From contig CAVPHR010000006.1 in assembly GCA_963704775.1 (NCBI GenBank), forward strand, positions 339,760 to 403,759: a stretch of DNA of 64,000 bases, read 5' to 3'. Source of the stretch: an uncultured Chloroflexia bacterium (GTDB lineage Bacteria; Chloroflexota; Limnocylindria; Limnocylindrales; CSP1-4). Under the pieces are notes generated by a model. It saw only the letters and a list, made by a program, of their open reading frames with translations. It searched no databases and was not told the DNA's origin. Position numbers and translations under genes: made by a program. Below, piece after piece: positions 61,704-64,000 of this stretch (position 1 is the stretch's first letter; every line of letters begins with the position of its first letter).

Positions 61704-61712
61704 ATGCTAGCA
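61704..61712 (-). promoter_or_regulatory. Extended -10 TGCTAGCAT, 9 nt before the ATG at 61694 (leaderless candidate)
   Basis: The reverse complement of atgctagca. Confidence 0.45.
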
Positions 61713-61749
61713 GGCGCCCGCGGGCCCGGCGGCGTAGGAGCGACCGATG

Positions 61750-61758
61750 TGCGACACT
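61750..61758 (+). promoter_or_regulatory. Possible extended -10 TGCGACACT, 11 nt before the typA ATG
   Basis: gTGCGACACTgcgccgcgcccATG. The first hexamer base deviates from TAnnnT. Confidence 0.3.
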
Positions 61759-61769
61759 GCGCCGCGCCC

Positions 61770-63719
61770 ATGACCGACTCCGCCGCCTCCAGCCCCGCCG
61801 CGCCCGCCCTCGACCCGACCGCCACCCGTGCCGACCTGCGCAATGTCGCGATCGTCGCCCACGTGGACCACGGCAAGACGACGCTCGTCGACGCGATGCT
61901 CCGCCAGACCGGGACCTTCCGGGCCAACCAGGCCGTCGTCGACCGGGTCATGGACTCGGGCGACCTCGAGCGCGAGAAGGGCATCACGATCCTCGCCAAG
62001 CAGACGACCGTCGATCACGCAGGCATTCGGCTCAACATCGTCGACACGCCCGGTCATGCGGACTTCGGGGGCGAGGTCGAACGCTCGCTGCTGATGGTCG
62101 ACTCGGTCCTGCTCCTCGTCGACGCCGCCGAGGGGCCGCTGCCCCAGACCCGCTACGTCCTCCAAAAGGCGATGGCGCGCCACCTTCCGGTCGTGTTGGC
62201 GATCAACAAGATCGACCGCGGCGACGCCCGGCCCGAGGTCGTGCTCGACGACGTCTACGAGCTCTTCCTGGACCTCGGCGCCGACGAGCACCAGATCGAG
62301 TTCCCGATCGTGTACACGAACGCGAAGGCCGGCACCGCCACCCGCGACCTCGCGGTCCCCGGCACCGACCTGCGAGCGCTCCTCGACCTGCTCGTCGAGG
62401 TCACCCCGGCCCCGGTCTACACGCCCGGGCACCCGCTTCAGTTGCTCGTGACCAACCTGTCGGCCAACGAGTACGTCGGGCGGATGGCTGTCGGGCGGAT
62501 CTGGAACGGGACGATCCGGACCGGGCAGCGGATCACGGTCGTGCGCGAGGAGGCCGACGACACGGCCGGCGCCGTCGAGCCCGGCCGGACCGTGACGCTG
62601 AGCGGCACGGTGACGAGCCTGCAGACGGCGCACGGCATCGAGCGCGTGGACATCGAGGAGGCCGGCCCGGGCGACATCGTCAGCGTGGCGGGGCTGCCCG
62701 AGGTCACGATCGGCGACACGCTCACCGACCCGGCGGATCCGCGGCCACTGCCGCGCCTGGACGTCGACGCGCCGACGCTGCGCATGACGTTCGGCGTCAA
62801 CACCTCGCCGCTCGCGGGCCGCGAGGGCAAGTTCGTCACGAGCCGCCAGATCAAGGCCCGCCTCGAGAAGGAGGTGCTGGGCAACGTGTCCATCGAGGTC
62901 CGGCCGGCCGAATCGAGCGAGGCGTTCGAGGTTCGCGGACGCGGCGAGCTCCAGCTCGCCGTCCTCATCGAGCAGATGCGCCGCGAGGGGTTCGAGCTGA
63001 CGGCGTCGCGGCCGGAGGTGCTGCTGCGCGACGTCGGCGGCGAGATCCACGAGCCGTACGAGCGGATCACCATCGACATCCCGCCCGACTACATCGGCGA
63101 GATCCAGAGCGCCATGGCCGGCCGCAAGGGCCGCCTCGACCAGATGACCACCGACACCGACGGCCGCGTGCGCATGGAGTTCGTGCTGCCGGTCCGGGGC
63201 CTGATCGGCTACCGCGGCCAGTTGCTGACCGAGACGCGCGGCACGGCCCTGCTGCACCAGATCGGCGAGGGCTACGGCCCGTGGGCCGGCGAGGTCACCC
63301 ACCGCACGAACGGCGTCCTCGTGAGCGACCGGGCCGGCACCTCGAATGCCTACGGCCTCTTCAACCTCGAGCAGCGGGCGGAGCTGTTCGTCGGCGCGGG
63401 CGTCGAGGTGTACGAGGGGATGATCGTCGGCGAGAACAGCCGGTCGGGCGACATGGACGTCAACCCGACGAAGGAGAAGAAGCTCACGAACATCCGGACC
63501 CACAGCCACGACGAGTCGCTGCGCCTGACGCCGCCGCGGCCGCTCACGCTCGAATCGGCGCTCGAATTCATCGCCGGCGACGAGCTCGTCGAGGTCACCC
63601 CGCTGTCGATCCGGCTCCGCAAGCGGGCCCTGTCGCAACACGACCGGCGTCGCGAGATCGGGCGGGCGGAGGACCTCCGCCGATCCGCGGATCGCGAGGG
63701 CGACGAGCCGGCGTCCTGA
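61770..63719 (+). CDS. typA: Translational GTPase TypA/BipA
   Basis: Intact frame. I use the ATG at 61770; the ORF track starts at 61431. G-motifs [34 protein letters not shown] and LAINKIDR, with EF-G-like domains downstream. Confidence 0.93.
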   Translation: MTDSAASSPAAPALDPTATRADLRNVAIVAHVDHGKTTLVDAMLRQTGTFRANQAVVDRVMDSGDLEREKGITILAKQTTVDHAGIRLNIVDTPGHADFGGEVERSLLMVDSVLLLVDAAEGPLPQTRYVLQKAMARHLPVVLAINKIDRGDARPEVVLDDVYELFLDLGADEHQIEFPIVYTNAKAGTATRDLAVPGTDLRALLDLLVEVTPAPVYTPGHPLQLLVTNLSANEYVGRMAVGRIWNGTIRTGQRITVVREEADDTAGAVEPGRTVTLSGTVTSLQTAHGIERVDIEEAGPGDIVSVAGLPEVTIGDTLTDPADPRPLPRLDVDAPTLRMTFGVNTSPLAGREGKFVTSRQIKARLEKEVLGNVSIEVRPAESSEAFEVRGRGELQLAVLIEQMRREGFELTASRPEVLLRDVGGEIHEPYERITIDIPPDYIGEIQSAMAGRKGRLDQMTTDTDGRVRMEFVLPVRGLIGYRGQLLTETRGTALLHQIGEGYGPWAGEVTHRTNGVLVSDRAGTSNAYGLFNLEQRAELFVGAGVEVYEGMIVGENSRSGDMDVNPTKEKKLTNIRTHSHDESLRLTPPRPLTLESALEFIAGDELVEVTPLSIRLRKRALSQHDRRREIGRAEDLRRSADREGDEPAS

Positions 63720-63730
63720 CGCGCGGCCAC

Positions 63731-64000
63731 GTGGCCGTGTACCGTTCGCCGGGATGGCGCGAACTCGTCGCCGCCGAATTCGGCCTTCGTCTGGTCGTCC
63801 TTGCAGGCACCCTGGGCATCCTCGTTGGGGTCCTTCCGGCCGCCACCGCCCTCGCCGCCACGGACAAGCTGCCCGACCTGAAGGTCGCGAAGATGGCGGA
63901 CTTCAGCATCCAGCGGACGGCCAGCGGCCGCCGCCTCCTGCGCTTCAGCGGGATGATGCTCAACGTCGGGCGGGGCCCGTTCGAGATCCGCGGCCGTCGG
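63731..64000 (+). CDS. Partial secreted protein, possibly lysyl-oxidase-like (3' end outside the window)
   Basis: Open frame from the GTG at 63731: VAVYRSPGWRELVAAEFGLRLVVLAGTLGILVGVLPAATALAATDKLPDLKVAKMADFSIQRTASGRRLLRFSGMMLNVGRGPFEIRGRR. It has a signal-like N-terminus. The pattern LPDL ... LLRF ... N.G.GPFE recalls LOX domains. Confidence 0.35.
   Translation, partial: MAVYRSPGWRELVAAEFGLRLVVLAGTLGILVGVLPAATALAATDKLPDLKVAKMADFSIQRTASGRRLLRFSGMMLNVGRGPFEIRGRR

Noticed and set aside
1-64000. CRISPR arrays, IS elements and transposase genes, rRNA, toxin-antitoxin pairs, and known defence systems.
   Set aside because: I found no regularly spaced direct repeats, no terminal inverted repeats bracketing a transposase-like ORF, and no recognisable nuclease/ATPase defence gene pairs. 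The only tandem repeats are coding low-complexity tracts (30940-31473 and the flotillin tail).

Overview
This is a very GC-rich chromosomal segment that looks like core genome, not an island. The organism appears to be a Gram-positive-type bacterium, Actinobacteria- or Chloroflexi-like. That judgement rests on gene content, a TCGAAC-N4-GTTCGA LexA box and many leaderless starts; no database search was run. I can support about 54 protein-coding loci, one tRNA-Met(CAT), several terminator-like hairpins and a family of -10 / extended -10 (TGnTAnnnT) promoters.

Gene order:
- 1-13.1 kb: a metallohydrolase, then two divergent operons for inositol/inosamine-like carbohydrate metabolism (IolE, lactonase, 2-hydroxyacid DH, Gfo/Idh/MocA, GarL-like aldolase, IolD and SDR on one side; DegT aminotransferase, Gfo/Idh/MocA and an F420-type LLM on the other).
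- 13.1-16.9 kb: an MrfA/MrfB-like helicase-exonuclease pair behind a LexA box.
- 17-20.3 kb: an FtsB-like gene, then NfeD and flotillin.
- 20.4-23.7 kb: VanW and an LCAT-like lipase.
- 23.7-31.5 kb: tRNA-Met, ftsH, an M20 peptidase, an orphan DnaB-C/RecA-like ATPase, GNAT-ppa-thpR, and a Pro/Thr-repeat protein with a His/Asp/Lys-rich tail.
- 31.6-43.9 kb: trpB2, a Zn-ribbon ORF, tyrA, a Nudix-like gene, NfeD and stomatin, a REC-ParA/CpaE-like fusion, comM, dprA, an Ig/CAP exoprotein and a small ORF.
- 43.9-52.8 kb: topA-xerC-murJ-femAB-femAB-murE, all joined by 4-nt overlaps.
- 52.8-64 kb: relA, hisS, DUF4440-like, YciI-like, a small divergent ORF, aspS, a DMT permease, a membrane protein, a MobA-like gene, typA and a partial lysyl-oxidase-like gene.

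The main caveat is technical. Most genes in 1-23.7 kb and 28.8-47.2 kb cannot be read in one frame, and recognisable protein segments continue in another frame every few hundred bp. The stretch 23.7-28.8 kb is clean, and 47.2-64 kb has only occasional shifts. I stitched the ORF-track pieces by eye and typed those loci as pseudogene, but assembly indels are the most likely cause.

No CRISPR array, IS element, integrase-bearing island or rRNA is visible. The best candidates for something undescribed are the non-canonical inositol/inosamine locus with a shared palindromic operator, the orphan DnaB-C ATPase operon, and the SOS-boxed MrfAB-like pair. None of them is proven.
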